NCBI GenBank assembly: GCA_002811645.1
Contig: PDIP01000012.1
Location: forward strand, 187,635-251,634
Reading direction: 5' to 3'
Length of the DNA: 64,000 nucleotides
From: Corallochytrium limacisporum Hawaii
Lineage: Eukaryota > Protista > Pluriformea
This document shows, piece after piece, positions 44,258-56,929 of the stretch. Under the pieces are notes generated by a model. That model saw nothing but the letters and a program-made list of their open reading frames with translations, had not been told where the DNA came from and did no database searches. A program made the translations under genes and the position numbers. Position 1 is the stretch's first letter. Each line of letters starts with the position of its first letter.

Positions 44258-47200
44258 ATGCGGACTTTTGTAGAGACAATCCGCAGGGTTCACCCTGAGT
44301 TCCATGGCTTGGAGTCCTGCAACGCAATGTGTAATGACAGCGACCGCAATGTCGATTACGTTGTTTATACTTTAGATGGAAATTGCATGGTGGCAGCCTT
44401 TGGATTAGAGGATGGGTCACCGGCAGAAAATGCCAAGATTTTGCTATGGACCGTGGATGTTTCGGAAGCGTGCCCATCGGAGCCGACCGGCAAAGACGCG
44501 CATTGTGTGAATGTTACCTACGTGCCTGCAGTAGAAGGGCTTGTGGTATGCTTGAAATCAAGCGATATTGTGCTCGTCAATGTGCAGGACGCGGAGGCAG
44601 AGCATGTCGGATGCTTCGAGAGTGAACTGTATGGAGCTGCGTGGAGCAACGATCGGGAAGTATTGGCTCTGGTTTTGGGCCAGCAACGGGCGGATGTGCA
44701 GGTCACTCTAATGAACTCAGAATTTGTGCCCCTTGTAGCGACCTACTTGACCGGACCTGATGCGCCGGAACCAGAAGTGACCTCGGTGTCAGTCGGTTGG
44801 GGTAAGGAAGAGACCCAATTCAAAGGCTCCGGGGCTCGAGCTGAGGAACGGAAGGCCGGAGGCACCAATGCCATAGCCGAACGTGTGCGTAAAGATACAC
44901 TAGCAAAAATCCACACCACCCACCGTACACAGGATCCACGTGCATACATTGCATGGCGCGGTGATGATGAGTACTTTGCTGTCAACGCAGTGGATGAACA
45001 CGAAGCCGAGGGCAAGGCTTTCGAACGGCATGTACGCATCTTCAATCGGGAAGGACAACTGCATAGTCTTGGTGTGGAGGTTTTAGGGTTGGAAGGTCCA
45101 ATTACATGGCGTCCGGACGGGCGTATGCTGGCCGCTGTGCAGCGCCTGCCCCATCGCTACGACATTATCTTCTTTGAACGAAACGGCCTTCGGCACAACG
45201 AGTTTTCGCTGATTCATACTGATGCGAAGAGCAAAGATGTAAAAGGTGGCGGGCACATTGTCTCGCAAGCGGCTGGCTCAACTGACGTTTGGGACGTGGT
45301 CAGCATTACGTTCAACGAAAGTTCAGATGCTCTGGGCATTCACATGCAGAACCGATTGCAAACACACTCCCTCCTGCAAGTGTGGAAGATGAGCAACTAT
45401 AAATGGGACTGCCAGCAGGAGTACAAGGATGTGGGCACATGGTGCTGGGTACCGAACATCTCGCCTCTCAGACTGCACTACTGCAATCGGAAAGACGGGC
45501 GACTAACGGAGTCTCAATTGGCTTGGGACATGCTTTGTGACTTGGGCATGAGCCAGGTCAACATGCTGAAACCTTCAGCAAACGTGGCGGTCCTTGATGG
45601 TCGATTGATCCGCGTAACCCCTTTCGACCGGTGTGTAATACCTCCACCCATGAGCCGGGTCACAGTGGACACAAAGCTGGTGCTGGGCGAAGGGTGCGTA
45701 AACTATGTGACCTTTGACGTGACCGGGAGGATCATGGCCGCCCTCGTGGGTGACACCCACCTGCGTGTCTACGGAACGACGGATCAGTGGGAAACGTACT
45801 CAGAAACGCTGTCAGTGGACCTGCGGGAGTGCATTGATGATAAAGACGTGAATGCCGACGGCCAAGTTGCCCATGTCCGGCAAGCATGTCTGGTCGGTGC
45901 CCCCGGGTGGGATGCTCCGATTGCCCTTGCGGTCATCTGGAGCGTGGCATCGGAGGACTTTTCTCTGTCCGCAGACCGATACTTGCTCGTTTTTGCACTG
46001 TTCGGTAAGCAACCAAACCTGACCGGCAAAGTCAGGCTTCAGCCGGGGGTGGAAGTGCGGCGCATGGCCCGTGCCGCTGATGACGAGACTTCTCTTCTCT
46101 TGCAATGCAATACGGGTATTCGGGTGATCGATCTGAACCAAGCGCCGCAAGACATCAAAGTGGTCGACACTTACCCAATGAACTTCCACAGTGGCGTGGT
46201 AACTCACTTTGCGGGCCGTATGCGCCCCAACCCCATCATCATGACCCTAACGAATCAAGGCAAGCTGTACTGCAACATGCGCTCCGTGCGCAGCGATGTC
46301 ACCTCCTTTGGATTCCACGACATTGGTGTGTTGGCTACCACGCATGCCCACCAATTGGTCGTACTATCCCCACGGGAACTATTGCTTGGCATTGGCACCG
46401 GGAGTAAACTTGACATCGGCAGAACCATAGAAAACGGCGGCAAGATAGTTTGTGTTCCGGGAAAGTCAACCATGTGTATTTTACAGATGCCCCGTGGGAA
46501 CTTGGAATCCATCCACCCACGTCTGATGGTACTCAACAGGATCCGTGAGGCAATCCAAGCCGTGCGGTACGATGCGGCGTTTAAGCTCATGCGCAGGCAC
46601 CGTATCGACACCAATCTTCTGTACGACCTGAACCCGGAACAATTCATTGCCAAGACCGAGACGGTGATGAAGCAACTACTTCAAGTCCAATACGCTTCTG
46701 CCAGCTCCGTGTACGGCTTTGATCCCATCAATTTGTTCCTGACCGCTCTTAAACCTGAAGACGTGAGTGTCACCATGTACGGCGACATCATCACTGCCCT
46801 CATTGAGGGCAACAGTGTTACGCCGGCATCTACGGTTGGCCACCAAAAGAAGGGAGGCGCATCGTCTAAGCCTATCAGGAAGGAACCCAAGTCAGTTACT
46901 GCCATCTGCAATGCCATACGTGAGGCCCTCGAGACCCTGGGCGGATCGAAACATGGCATGGCAATTGTCGCGACCTATGCCCGAAGTCAGCCACCGCAAC
47001 TGGAGGAAGCGTTGCTGTACATCGAAAAATGGCGCTCGGCCGAAGCAGATGCGGACGACGGTGAGGAGAACTCATCACGCCCAAGCCATGAGGCCATCCT
47101 GGACTTTCTGTGCTTCCTGAGTGATGTTAACGTGCTCTTCGACACTGCTCTGGGTATGTACAACTTTGATCTTGCGCTGATGGTCGCGGAAAAATCCCAG

Positions 47201-48658
47201 AAGGATCCGGGTGAGTACTTGCCGTTCCTAAAGGAGCTAAACGCCTTGCCGGAACAGCAAAAGAAGTTCCGAATTGATCGCCACCTCGGACGCTGGACCA
47301 AGGCATTGAAGACCATGAAGGGCTGCGAACCTGGATTCTACGATGAGCTAGTGTCTGTGATCAAAAGCCGTCGTCTGTACGAGGACGCTATAAATATTCT
47401 CGTTGGCGACTCGCCTGACCTCGACAAGCGAATCTATGTGGCCTACGCAGAGGCCTTGGATTCAATGAAGTCATCTACCGGCGGTACGGACGAGGGGGCC
47501 AAGCTGGGTGCCGCCCTGTATTTCGAAAAGGCCGGTGACTTCACAGCTGCTTTCGAATGCTATTCAAACGCCCTATGCTGGCGTGATGTCGACCGCTTGG
47601 CGCGGCGCGAACCTGAGCTCCAGCAGCGTCACTCTGAGACCCTGCGGCAGATTGCTGTGCGCATGGGAGAGCGTGTGCAATGGATTGAAGCTGCGCAGGT
47701 ATACTTTGTGGGCATCGGCATGGAGGAAGGGCTAGAGGATGGAGTACAATGCCTGGTTAATGGCAGCCACTGGCGGAGTGCCATGAGCCTCTGTGAACGC
47801 GAAAAACGCACGGATCTGATTTCCACAGAGATTCGGCCCGCTGTGGAGGAGGCCTTTGAAAGCTTGGATCGCTACCTGGACAACTCTCTGGAGAAGATTG
47901 ACATGTATACCGACCGGCTGGAAGTTGTGCGAAGGTCAAAGGCGGAGAAAGAGAAGAGAGAGGCTGAGGCCTTGCGGCTAATGGACGCGGATGAGATTGG
48001 GGGAGATGATGCCGAGTACTTTGGCGATGATTTGTACAGCGACGCTGGTAGTACTGTGGCGTCGAGCCAGAGCTCCCGTCGCTCCCGGTCGTCAAAGACA
48101 TCTAAGTCGTCGACCTCGACGCGATCCTCGAAAAACCGTCGTAAGCTGGAGCGTAAACAGAGGAGTCTGAAGAAAGGATCGCAGTATGAGGAAGAGGCGC
48201 TTATGCAGGAGGTTAGCAACCATATCACCGAATGTGACACCCAGCGAGAGAGTGTGCGGGATCTCCTGGAAATTGGTATGCGCCTGAATATGCTGCCCGA
48301 GGTGACTCAACTCCGTACCAAGTATCAGCATATTCTTCAGGTCTGTGATCAGGCTCGTACTGCGGCCTTCTCCAACCATCGCCTACCCGAGAACATCTCA
48401 ATTCTGCCCGCCAAGTCGGGCGCGGACGAGGCATTTGTGCGCACCGCCGTTGTCGGCTTCGTTCTGGGACCCACGTCATCACCCCAGGGTCTGCTGGCCA
48501 CTGCCGCGCAGAAAGCTCTGAAGCAGGGCGCCACCCGCAGCTCTGATCCCGATGTGGAACTGACAGATCTGGAGGGCGAGAAGCAGCAGCCATTGTTTCT
48601 GCCCACCTTCCGTCCGAACGTTGCTTGGGATTGGATCCCGCGCATTTTGCCAAAGTAA
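44258..48658 (+). CDS. ELP1: Elongator complex protein 1 (IKI3/IKAP)
   Basis: SVGWGKEETQFKGS, IAWRGDDEYFAV, FFERNGLRH, LQMPRGNLESIHPR, SQKDPGEYLPFL and basic SSKNRRKLERK..SLKKGS.YEE. Confidence 0.98.
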   Translation: MRTFVETIRRVHPEFHGLESCNAMCNDSDRNVDYVVYTLDGNCMVAAFGLEDGSPAENAKILLWTVDVSEACPSEPTGKDAHCVNVTYVPAVEGLVVCLKSSDIVLVNVQDAEAEHVGCFESELYGAAWSNDREVLALVLGQQRADVQVTLMNSEFVPLVATYLTGPDAPEPEVTSVSVGWGKEETQFKGSGARAEERKAGGTNAIAERVRKDTLAKIHTTHRTQDPRAYIAWRGDDEYFAVNAVDEHEAEGKAFERHVRIFNREGQLHSLGVEVLGLEGPITWRPDGRMLAAVQRLPHRYDIIFFERNGLRHNEFSLIHTDAKSKDVKGGGHIVSQAAGSTDVWDVVSITFNESSDALGIHMQNRLQTHSLLQVWKMSNYKWDCQQEYKDVGTWCWVPNISPLRLHYCNRKDGRLTESQLAWDMLCDLGMSQVNMLKPSANVAVLDGRLIRVTPFDRCVIPPPMSRVTVDTKLVLGEGCVNYVTFDVTGRIMAALVGDTHLRVYGTTDQWETYSETLSVDLRECIDDKDVNADGQVAHVRQACLVGAPGWDAPIALAVIWSVASEDFSLSADRYLLVFALFGKQPNLTGKVRLQPGVEVRRMARAADDETSLLLQCNTGIRVIDLNQAPQDIKVVDTYPMNFHSGVVTHFAGRMRPNPIIMTLTNQGKLYCNMRSVRSDVTSFGFHDIGVLATTHAHQLVVLSPRELLLGIGTGSKLDIGRTIENGGKIVCVPGKSTMCILQMPRGNLESIHPRLMVLNRIREAIQAVRYDAAFKLMRRHRIDTNLLYDLNPEQFIAKTETVMKQLLQVQYASASSVYGFDPINLFLTALKPEDVSVTMYGDIITALIEGNSVTPASTVGHQKKGGASSKPIRKEPKSVTAICNAIREALETLGGSKHGMAIVATYARSQPPQLEEALLYIEKWRSAEADADDGEENSSRPSHEAILDFLCFLSDVNVLFDTALGMYNFDLALMVAEKSQKDPGEYLPFLKELNALPEQQKKFRIDRHLGRWTKALKTMKGCEPGFYDELVSVIKSRRLYEDAINILVGDSPDLDKRIYVAYAEALDSMKSSTGGTDEGAKLGAALYFEKAGDFTAAFECYSNALCWRDVDRLARREPELQQRHSETLRQIAVRMGERVQWIEAAQVYFVGIGMEEGLEDGVQCLVNGSHWRSAMSLCEREKRTDLISTEIRPAVEEAFESLDRYLDNSLEKIDMYTDRLEVVRRSKAEKEKREAEALRLMDADEIGGDDAEYFGDDLYSDAGSTVASSQSSRRSRSSKTSKSSTSTRSSKNRRKLERKQRSLKKGSQYEEEALMQEVSNHITECDTQRESVRDLLEIGMRLNMLPEVTQLRTKYQHILQVCDQARTAAFSNHRLPENISILPAKSGADEAFVRTAVVGFVLGPTSSPQGLLATAAQKALKQGATRSSDPDVELTDLEGEKQQPLFLPTFRPNVAWDWIPRILPK

Positions 48659-51600
48659 TATAATTACGGATACACCGAATAAGTTCAAAGTTACTAAACC
48701 ATGTCCACAGATGGCAAGTGATGACATTCAACCAGCGATCGCCTCCGTTCCTTGGCAATCAGCCTCCACCTGGACCCCACAACCCAAACAGAAAGCAAAA
48801 GAAATTAAAGAAAAAAGAAAAATCACAAACACCCAAAACTGCACTCCCCGGAATGCTCCTCAACCCTTCGTCGACGTCAGCTTCCTCCTACAACCCCCTT
48901 CCCTCCAATCGAAGCGGTTCTCATCACCAATCCCCCTCTGCCCCGCGCATCATCGCAGTCCTCCCGGGGAGAGGGAGGGGTTCTCTCTCGCCCATATCCC
49001 CCCCAGTTCGCCTTCGTCATTGGGGCCTATTTATAGGCCGTGCGGATGACTTCTTTGGCTCCTTCCCCCAACCCCCCCTTCCAATTTCGTTTTTTTTCTT
49101 TTCCATCCAGGCCATAAGAATTCCAGTTTGGCTTTTTTCGGTGGAGAGAGAAATCATGGCAAAACTCTCAGAACCCGAAACCCGATCCAACAAAACAGGC
49201 GCTGTTTTGTGGTTCGAATGCCTTGATTTGGGTGCTGCCACCTTTTTGACGGGTTGGTGTTGCGCTTCTGCACAGTGGGGTCCCCGGTGGTGATTTCGAG
49301 AGTTTCGTCGGGCTCATGCAATCACAAGCCTCCAACACCAAGTTCGATTTCTTGCCCCAGGGGAGCGAGAGAGCCCAGATTGCCTGCTTCTTGCATGCTG
49401 CGCATCCAACACGAGCTGGCACGGGGGAGGTGTCACCCGCAACGGGGACCCGTCGCAGACGCACTTGTGTCCTGTGGTCCCCTTTGTTCCCTGCTTCTGC
49501 AAAAGAAGGCAGGTGGCAGACCCAAGAAGGGAAGCAGCCCAAAATAAGGTTCAAAAAAAAACACATAGCCAGTCAATCCCCAAGAAACTTGAAAAACTGG
49601 ACACGCGGTGGAACACAATGAAAAAAGCCAGCTGGGGTGGGACACCCCGCCCCCCCGGGGCAGGACGCTGCCCCTCCAGCCGGAGCCAGTAGCGCCGAGT
49701 TCTTGAAGGGAAACCCCGAATCGGAACTCCCCCCCCACCTCCCGTTCCGTCCCCCCCCCTCCCCGCCGGGGGGTTGGGTTCTCCCTTTCTTCCTGGTAGA
49801 GAGGGGGGGGTGTCCTCGAGCGCAAAAAAAAAACCCCTTTTTGCTTTCGGTGTCTATTTTTTTCTTTCCAAAGAAAAATGAAAGCTAAGAGAGCAAGCCA
49901 AATGAAAAAAAAAAGAGAAGGAAAAATGCAAAATCGAAAGCAAGCGCTCTGCTGCCGACACCCCCAACCCTCCATTTTTGGACATCTTTGGTTTGCTGCA
50001 GTGGCTGCTTCGGTTCTAGCACCCGTTTGTCCCCGAACAGGACAGTTGTGGATTCCGGCAAGCCGGGGTTGGTATATTACGCTGGTAAAAATGACTTTTA
50101 CCACCACACTTGACCGCACGCACGGCCATGTATGCATATTTTAGTGCGGTATTCTTCGTGCCCACTGGTTGTGACAAATTAGTGGCTCCGTATACCATTC
50201 CGGTGCATGTGGGTGACGATGCTCCCCCTTTCCTTGCGGATGTGTCGACTCGCCTGCCCCGCGGCCATGTGCGGGATGCTTTCGTCGGCCAAGCTTTCCA
50301 GAGTACCGCTCTTTTTGTTTTATTCTCTCTTCTAACGGCGGCATCTCATCTTGCTTAAACCGAGCGATCACTGGGACGTGCGCGGCACCAGTACCGCAAG
50401 TGTACTGTGCACACACCCAAAGTAGCAATAGCACACACACACACACACACACGAACACACTGCGGAAACGACACCACCGATGCGCGAGGGTTTTAAGCGA
50501 CCACAAAGATCGCCATCTGATTTCCAATGTCAAGAACGGACAATCCACACCATAAAAAGATCGACTTTGACCCCCCCTCCCTCCTTTTTCACCGCCTCTC
50601 CCAAACCCAAAACCCCGTGTTTTTTTTCTCTGTCTCTGTCGCTGTCTCTGTCTCTCTGTCTGTGTGTCCTTTCCCTCCCCTTTCTTTTGTCCTTCCCGGC
50701 GCTAAATATCCCGTACTTCGCCCTACTGCTCCCTCCCCCACCCCACCCCTGGCTGCGCGGCACAGAGAGAGAGAGAGTGTGTGTGTGTGGGGCGAGACAG
50801 CAAACCCTCGTCGCCACAAAACACAGTAGCGGTGGGGAACAAAGGGGCAACCGAGAGCAGACCAGCGACAGCCACACCGAGGCGCACCGAGAGAGCATGG
50901 AGCGATGGGATAGAAGAGAGAGAGAGAGTGTGTGTGTGTGTCTGAAGAGTGTTCAGTGTCGAATGTAGGCGCTTGGCTGTCGGTGTAATTATGCCTGAAG
51001 CGATAAACCCTTCGGACCCCGTGGACTCAACCCCCCCCCCCCGCGCCCGGGGGGCTGGTGCTTCCGATCTCGCAGCCCGCGCGACTGAAAGCGTTCCACT
51101 TTGGGAAAATTAAAGACGAAAAAAAAACAAAGAAAGGGGCAACTGAGAAACTCGGAGTTTAAGGCCCGAATCCCGGACACCTGTCTACTACGCCTCACCC
51201 CTCCACGACGACCACCCAAAATAATCCCGAGCTAACTGAGCGATAAGGAAAATATCTACTTGTGCCAGGTAGAGTGTTCGGGTTTTGTATAGGAAATGTA
51301 CGAGCGTATTTGGCAAAGCGTGCCGCATGGGATGAACTGCGGCGGCTGTGGTGGTGTGCCCATTTTCTCCAGCGCTCTGTCCCTCTTTTTGCCTCTCTCC
51401 CTTCCCCCACGCACGCCCGAGGGAGCGCAGGGGACGGGAGGCCAGGCGCACAGAGAGCGAGAGAGGCGAAAGGGCAGCGGGAGAATCAAAGCGAGAGAGT
51501 CTTGGACATCGAAAAAGAATTACCAGAGAAATCCAAAGAAAGACACAAAAAGCCACGGTCCAGGAGCAAGTTTCTCCCGTTTTCACCGGATGGATCGGGT

Positions 51601-52016
51601 AGAGCCGCTTCCCTTCTGAGCCAGGCTTTCCCCCCGTCTGAACGCTTTTTCTCGCGAATGGAGCCACTGAAAGTGAAGGGACAAGAGAGAGAGAGAGAGA
51701 GGCCCCCAGAGGGAAGGGGGGGGATTGTTGGGTTTGGGGTAGTGGTACCCTGAGCAGCAGCAGAGCCGGCCAAAGGAAAAAAAAAAACTCGTTGGGGACA
51801 GGCAAGGCGTGGATGGGCCGAGAAGAAAGAGAGAAGGAATAACCTACGAAAAATAAAAAGAAAACAAGGAAATTGCCCCCCCCCCCCCAAAAAAAATATC
51901 AAGAAGAGGGGTGAGGGAGAATATAAAGGGTCCCAGGATAACAAGAATTCGTATGCCCAAGAACCAATGCCCAAGGAGAAAAGAAAAAAAAAGACGAAGA
52001 AACAACAAGAAAGGGG

Positions 52017-52020
<4 letters not shown>

Positions 52021-52065
<45 letters not shown>
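52021..52065. repeat. (GA)n microsatellite
   Basis: Directly visible. Confidence 0.95.
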
Positions 52066-52068
<3 letters not shown>

Positions 52069-52403
52069 AGGACCAGAGGGGCGAGGGGAGGGGAACGAGA
52101 ATGTGAATTAGCCCAGCCAGCCAGCCAGCCAGCCATTCATTCATTCTTATTCCATTTTAATGGTACACTACACACACACACACACGGGGGAGAGAAGAAA
52201 AAAGGTCAAAGGCCCTCCTCGCTCGGGTTGGGAGGGGTTGGGGGGGGAGGGGGGAGAGGGACGGGAGCGCAGACGGGAAGAAAAAAGTGTGTGCACTGCA
52301 CAATTAAAGAGGGGGGATGGTGGGGGAGGGGGGAGTGGGGGAAGCAGAGGAAGGTCCAAGGCCAGGGCAGAGCGGTCCAAGGGCGGGAGTGGGGGAAGTA
52401 TAT

Positions 52404-52407
<4 letters not shown>

Positions 52408-52487
<80 letters not shown>
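52408..52487. repeat. Compound (CA)n(GA)n microsatellite
   Basis: Directly visible. Confidence 0.95.
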
Positions 52488-54974
52488 CAAACACTTCCAC
52501 TCAACGATGGGGGTTTACCACTGGTACCTCTTTTCCCTTTTTCTTTCTTCCTGGGTTGCTCACAGTTGTGTGGTAGACCAACTCGTCCACTGACAGGGGG
52601 CTGCTGTCTAAAACTTTTCCAGTGTTCCTTTCCTCTCGGGTCTCCCCACCCCCCAGGCGAAGGCGGACACCCCCTTCCTCTTCCTCGTGCTGGTAGCGCG
52701 CATCTTTGGGGTGTGTTTTGACATTGGGCATCCAAGAGAGGTTTTTGTTTTGTGCTCGATATCTATGAAGGAGTATTTGCAAAGCACACAGCACTTTGTC
52801 AAGCCAATCCAACCTGGGGAGTATTCTGTGGATGCGAGACCTATGTACACAGTGCGGTTCCCGCGTGCATATCTACTAGCAGGATATCGGTTCATGTTAG
52901 TTGCACGCGCAAAGGGTATTTTGCGACAGTCCTGACCAGAAACATATCTAGTGCTCTGGGCTTCGCACGACGAAATCTTTGCATGGACCAATTTCACGCG
53001 AACTCACCCGGTGCCGAAACGGTGGCAACAATAAGAGATCCAATGCAAAGAACTAAAACAAAGGACACTTACACACAGGAACAAAGAGGTAGTACATTAT
53101 GCAAGTACCCGGACAGTAGGGTAAGGGTACCAAAATGATGGCCCAGTGGCACGGCCCCTTGCTGTCAGAGCATGACACCCAAAAAACCTCAATTCATAGA
53201 ATATCTTTCCGCAGGAGATCCCTAAGAAGTCGCGCATCAGGGAGCCTAGATTGATATCGCATCCTCCAGAATACCGTTGTTTCTGTACCGAATTGAAGTT
53301 GCTGATAGTGTCATCCTGAAACCATGCCCAACATGCACCTTGCGGTTCCACCACAGGGTACGTGTTTGGTGCATGTACCCTGCCGAGTCTCCCCGCACTG
53401 TATGGACATGCCCGGGGTGCGGCAGACAGATCGGCAAGTCAAATCGTGCCAGTGTTGCCCATTAATCATTCAAACACGTCAGAGGCAAAGATGATGCAAG
53501 CCCATTCTTTTTCTGCATATATTTATTATATACTTCTCTTTAAATTTCCAATGGGAGTGATAGCCGCGGGCGGGTGACGTTTGAAATCGGCAGCTCCTCT
53601 CCCCCCCGGGGCAGTCGACGGCCGGTAGGGCAACCCCAGTGATCTGGCTCCAAACTGTAAGGAAGTATACTAAGGGTTCATAAAATATTCTCGTGATATT
53701 AGCAAAAAATAAGGTCTTAGGGATCGGCTACGCGACAAGTATTTTTTTTGTCTGCGGACGGGTTGTGGAGTGGACGGTAGTCACCATGTCGAGCATCCCA
53801 GGAACGTAATAACCAGGGCCAAAGAGTGCAAAGTTGTGGAGTTTCGTATGGTGTCGCAGAACACTCTGCACAGGCCTTGGTGACGCTAGGTGATGATTTG
53901 TGTATCGCGTGGTGCCACAGCATACAGATTTCGAATGCACAAGTTCCGGAAAAATTCGAGATCTGAGTACCGCCTTTGCCAGAGATGTTCTTTAATGGAA
54001 AAAATTGTCTAGTTTGCATACCCAATTTTCGACTTCGGTTCAGTGGGGGAGAGTGCTAGAAATACTGCGGGACAGGCGACGAGTTTGATCTGACATCACA
54101 AAGCGGGACGTGGGGTATGCAATCCGCCAGGGTCCCATCAGATCCTCATCGCCGACGCGGCCAAGCCATAATATGCTCTTCCTCTGGTTTGGGTCCCTCA
54201 TAGTTCACATACCACAACCATATAAAGTAGGAAATCGGGAGAACGCACGGTAATTTGCTACTCTTCTTCCCCCGTGCTCAGCGAGAACATTGGCCGTGTC
54301 TTCCGGTGGCGATGGAGCCGACCGTTCTCCCCCAGTGTACATGTACACTGTGTTTTGCTTGAAAAATACCGGCAAAGGAAAAGCACGAAAGACAAGGGGC
54401 CCAATGTAAAGATACAGAAAGTTCCGGTAATATTCGCGAGACCGTGGAGAAAGCAAAAGGGCCAACCACGCAGGAGAGGAGGGCGGGAGGGGGACTGACA
54501 AAAAGCGCTGACGCTCTCACAGACCCTCTCCAAGGTACACCGAGGTCACAACCCCAGGACCCCAGGACGGGGGACATGGTCCGGATGGACACACGGATTT
54601 TGGCAAAAGTAAAAAAAAAAAAAAAAGGGAAGGGGGAAAGGGGCAAGGGGACAAAGCGGGAGCCCACCGTCCACTCCCGGCGTGTTTGATGCAGCGGCGA
54701 AGGTCTCTCTGTTCCAAACACCGGGAGAAAACAAAGTTGTTGACAATTTTGAGTGGTATTGGATTGTGGCTACAGGTTCCATCTTACGGCACTGGCGCAG
54801 GGATTCAAGGTCAAAGTTGGTTTTTGCGATCAAGATGGAATGGTGAGCATAGAGTTGGACTAGCCCGGTGTTGCTGGTATTTATTGGATTCACTGTGCTG
54901 ATCAAGCAATCTTGAGCCATGATCTTGACCCCAAGAAGCTAAGTGGCACTCGTCCTTTTCTTTAGCAAACCAAT

Positions 54975-55589
54975 ATGTCGTTCAAGCAAATCGTCCTCAC
55001 CGGCCTGGTAGCCGCCGTGGCCGCCAACCCGGTTCCGTCTGTCCCGGAGGTCCTCACCAAGGCGTTGAATGAGCAATTGACAGCATCCGTTGGCCTTGAC
55101 CCCGTCACCTACGGCCTTGGAATAGATGAGACTGGCACCTACGTCGGAAGACAGACTACCTTTAAAGGGGGTTGCGAGAAAGCGAAAAAAGTTAGAGCGC
55201 AAGCCGCAACCTGCATGCTCTACAAGTTGGATGAAGACAACCTCAACCAAGTGTTGGCCGTCGAGGGCAACCCGTACGGAATCCACGGCACCGTCAGGAG
55301 CGGAGACAACACCTTTGACCTTGAGGACGAGAGCCAACTGCAGGATCTATTATGGTACCGTATTGCACCCATGAGAATCGACACTGATGAGAACGAGTTT
55401 ATTTTGTCCATTGGTTCCGATACCCATGGATCCGAGCCGATCATTCTCGACAACAAGGTCTACCTTGATAGCACCTTCGCAAAGGACACCTCCCTGGGAC
55501 GTGTGGCTGTGTTCCACTTCGCACCCAAGAAGTTTAACGAAGAGCTCTCACTTCTGTGCGGCTATGCTGCTGTACCTACGTGCCTGTAG
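54975..55589 (+). CDS. Secreted orphan protein, 204 aa
   Basis: Signal peptide MSFKQIVLTGLVAAVAA, four Cys, C-ending codon bias; acceptor-like TTTTCTTTAG ends at 54965, just before the ATG. Confidence 0.85.
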   Translation: MSFKQIVLTGLVAAVAANPVPSVPEVLTKALNEQLTASVGLDPVTYGLGIDETGTYVGRQTTFKGGCEKAKKVRAQAATCMLYKLDEDNLNQVLAVEGNPYGIHGTVRSGDNTFDLEDESQLQDLLWYRIAPMRIDTDENEFILSIGSDTHGSEPIILDNKVYLDSTFAKDTSLGRVAVFHFAPKKFNEELSLLCGYAAVPTCL

Positions 55590-56002
55590 GAATATAAGTC
55601 GCATCGTCCCAAGCAGCCAAGCCCTCAATAAAACGTTCGTTTCGCACATCGATATGCAGTTTTAACCATGTATCTGAGTGTGTGTGTTTTTGGCATAGTT
55701 ATCAGAGCCCACTCCCGCCCCGTCAAGGCGTTGTTCACGGCTGACAGTGGGATGACGAGAGCCTTTGCCTGCGCAGGGCTTCGTAAGACATCAGTGTAGA
55801 AACAGAGACGCCTAGCGGCACTGGGTGCCGCGAGCTAGAGCTTCCGCCATCAGGACAAAACTGTGTATACATGAGGAAATCATTTTTGGCTCTTTCGGAA
55901 TCGAGACCAAAGGTGAGTACTGAGAGAATGTGTAAGGTCAGACTTATGCTCCAAGTCTCCTTCAGAAAACGAATTGTGGTAGTTGCACATTGACACTGTC
56001 GC

Positions 56003-56440
56003 TCAACGGGCAACTGTGGCATGTCTTGGTGTACGCCAGTAGACGGTGATGAGCACACTCCGTTTGTATGTGACGATCGTACACAATCTTCCATCGATTT
56101 CATGGTCAAATATGTATCGACGATGGCCTCTGGCCCGTCTTCTCGTTCCTTGGGAAATAGTGGCTCTGACATTAGAGTGTGAAATTTTCCTCTCGGACTT
56201 ACGATCTCTGGCATGGGGAGAGATCTTCAGGCGCGCGACCTGGTGCGTCAGGGGGTCAAGAAACTCCAAAGACGGCAAATCTTCCCTATGCTCCATGGAT
56301 TGTAGTTCGGCATCATTATAACGATCATGCTCTTGCAGGTATTCGTCCAGGTTGTAAGCGAGGTATGCCATACCGATAGCGGCTACTGCAAAACCTACCA
56401 TCCGACCCAGAGCGTTATCATTATCTCTCTGATTAGCCAT
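56003..56440 (-). CDS. Membrane-anchored DUF4258-like protein (predicted RelE/BECR-type RNase fold)
   Basis: N-terminal TM VGFAVAAIGMAYLAY, then ISPHARDRKSERKIS..NV.ATISQG...YIF...CTIVT....VLITVY matching the DUF4258 pattern (S.HA..R..ER.I, I..G, ITVY); GCAAG-ATG context. Confidence 0.7.
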   Translation of the reverse strand: MANQRDNDNALGRMVGFAVAAIGMAYLAYNLDEYLQEHDRYNDAELQSMEHREDLPSLEFLDPLTHQVARLKISPHARDRKSERKISHSNVRATISQGTRRRARGHRRYIFDHEIDGRLCTIVTYKRSVLITVYWRTPRHATVAR

Positions 56441-56929
56441 CTTGCGAGCACGACGTTTCCGCTACATTTGTTCTTTGCAGACGGGGTAAGCCGAACCTGA
56501 CACCTTTCTAGTCCTTTAGTACTTGGCCAATCTGCGGCCACTCCTGTCATACGAACCATATTCACTGACATTATGTGAGCCGACGAACTTGCTTTCCGTG
56601 CGTTCCTTTTCAGGGCTTTTTGCCGCTTCAGAACCAACACGTTAGAGAAGCTGATGTCGCGTTCTTCTTTTCGCACGGATTCCCCCCGCCTCCCCCCGGG
56701 TTTCCCTCCCGACGAGGGCCTGTTTAGGTCTACCCCATTTTCTTTTTTTGAATTCGCAAGCGCTTTTTAATTTTTTCTGACCCTCCACACAGTGTCACGG
56801 TGGACAATGTATGACGTTTACGCCTCGGAGAAAATCCCAACGTGTGCACACCAGCAGAGGCAAACTGGTCGGAGATCCCGTATTCGTTTTCACCCGTGGT
56901 TTGTGTGATTCACAGGTGGTCTTGCACAA

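Noticed and set aside
49205-49230. GGTTCGAATGCC resembling a tRNA T-loop/B-box
   Set aside because: No cloverleaf or acceptor stem around it; no tRNA, rRNA or snRNA recognised in the window.
48700-54900. Many short ORFs in the gene-free tract
   Set aside because: Low-complexity translations of homopolymers and (GA)/(CA) repeats.
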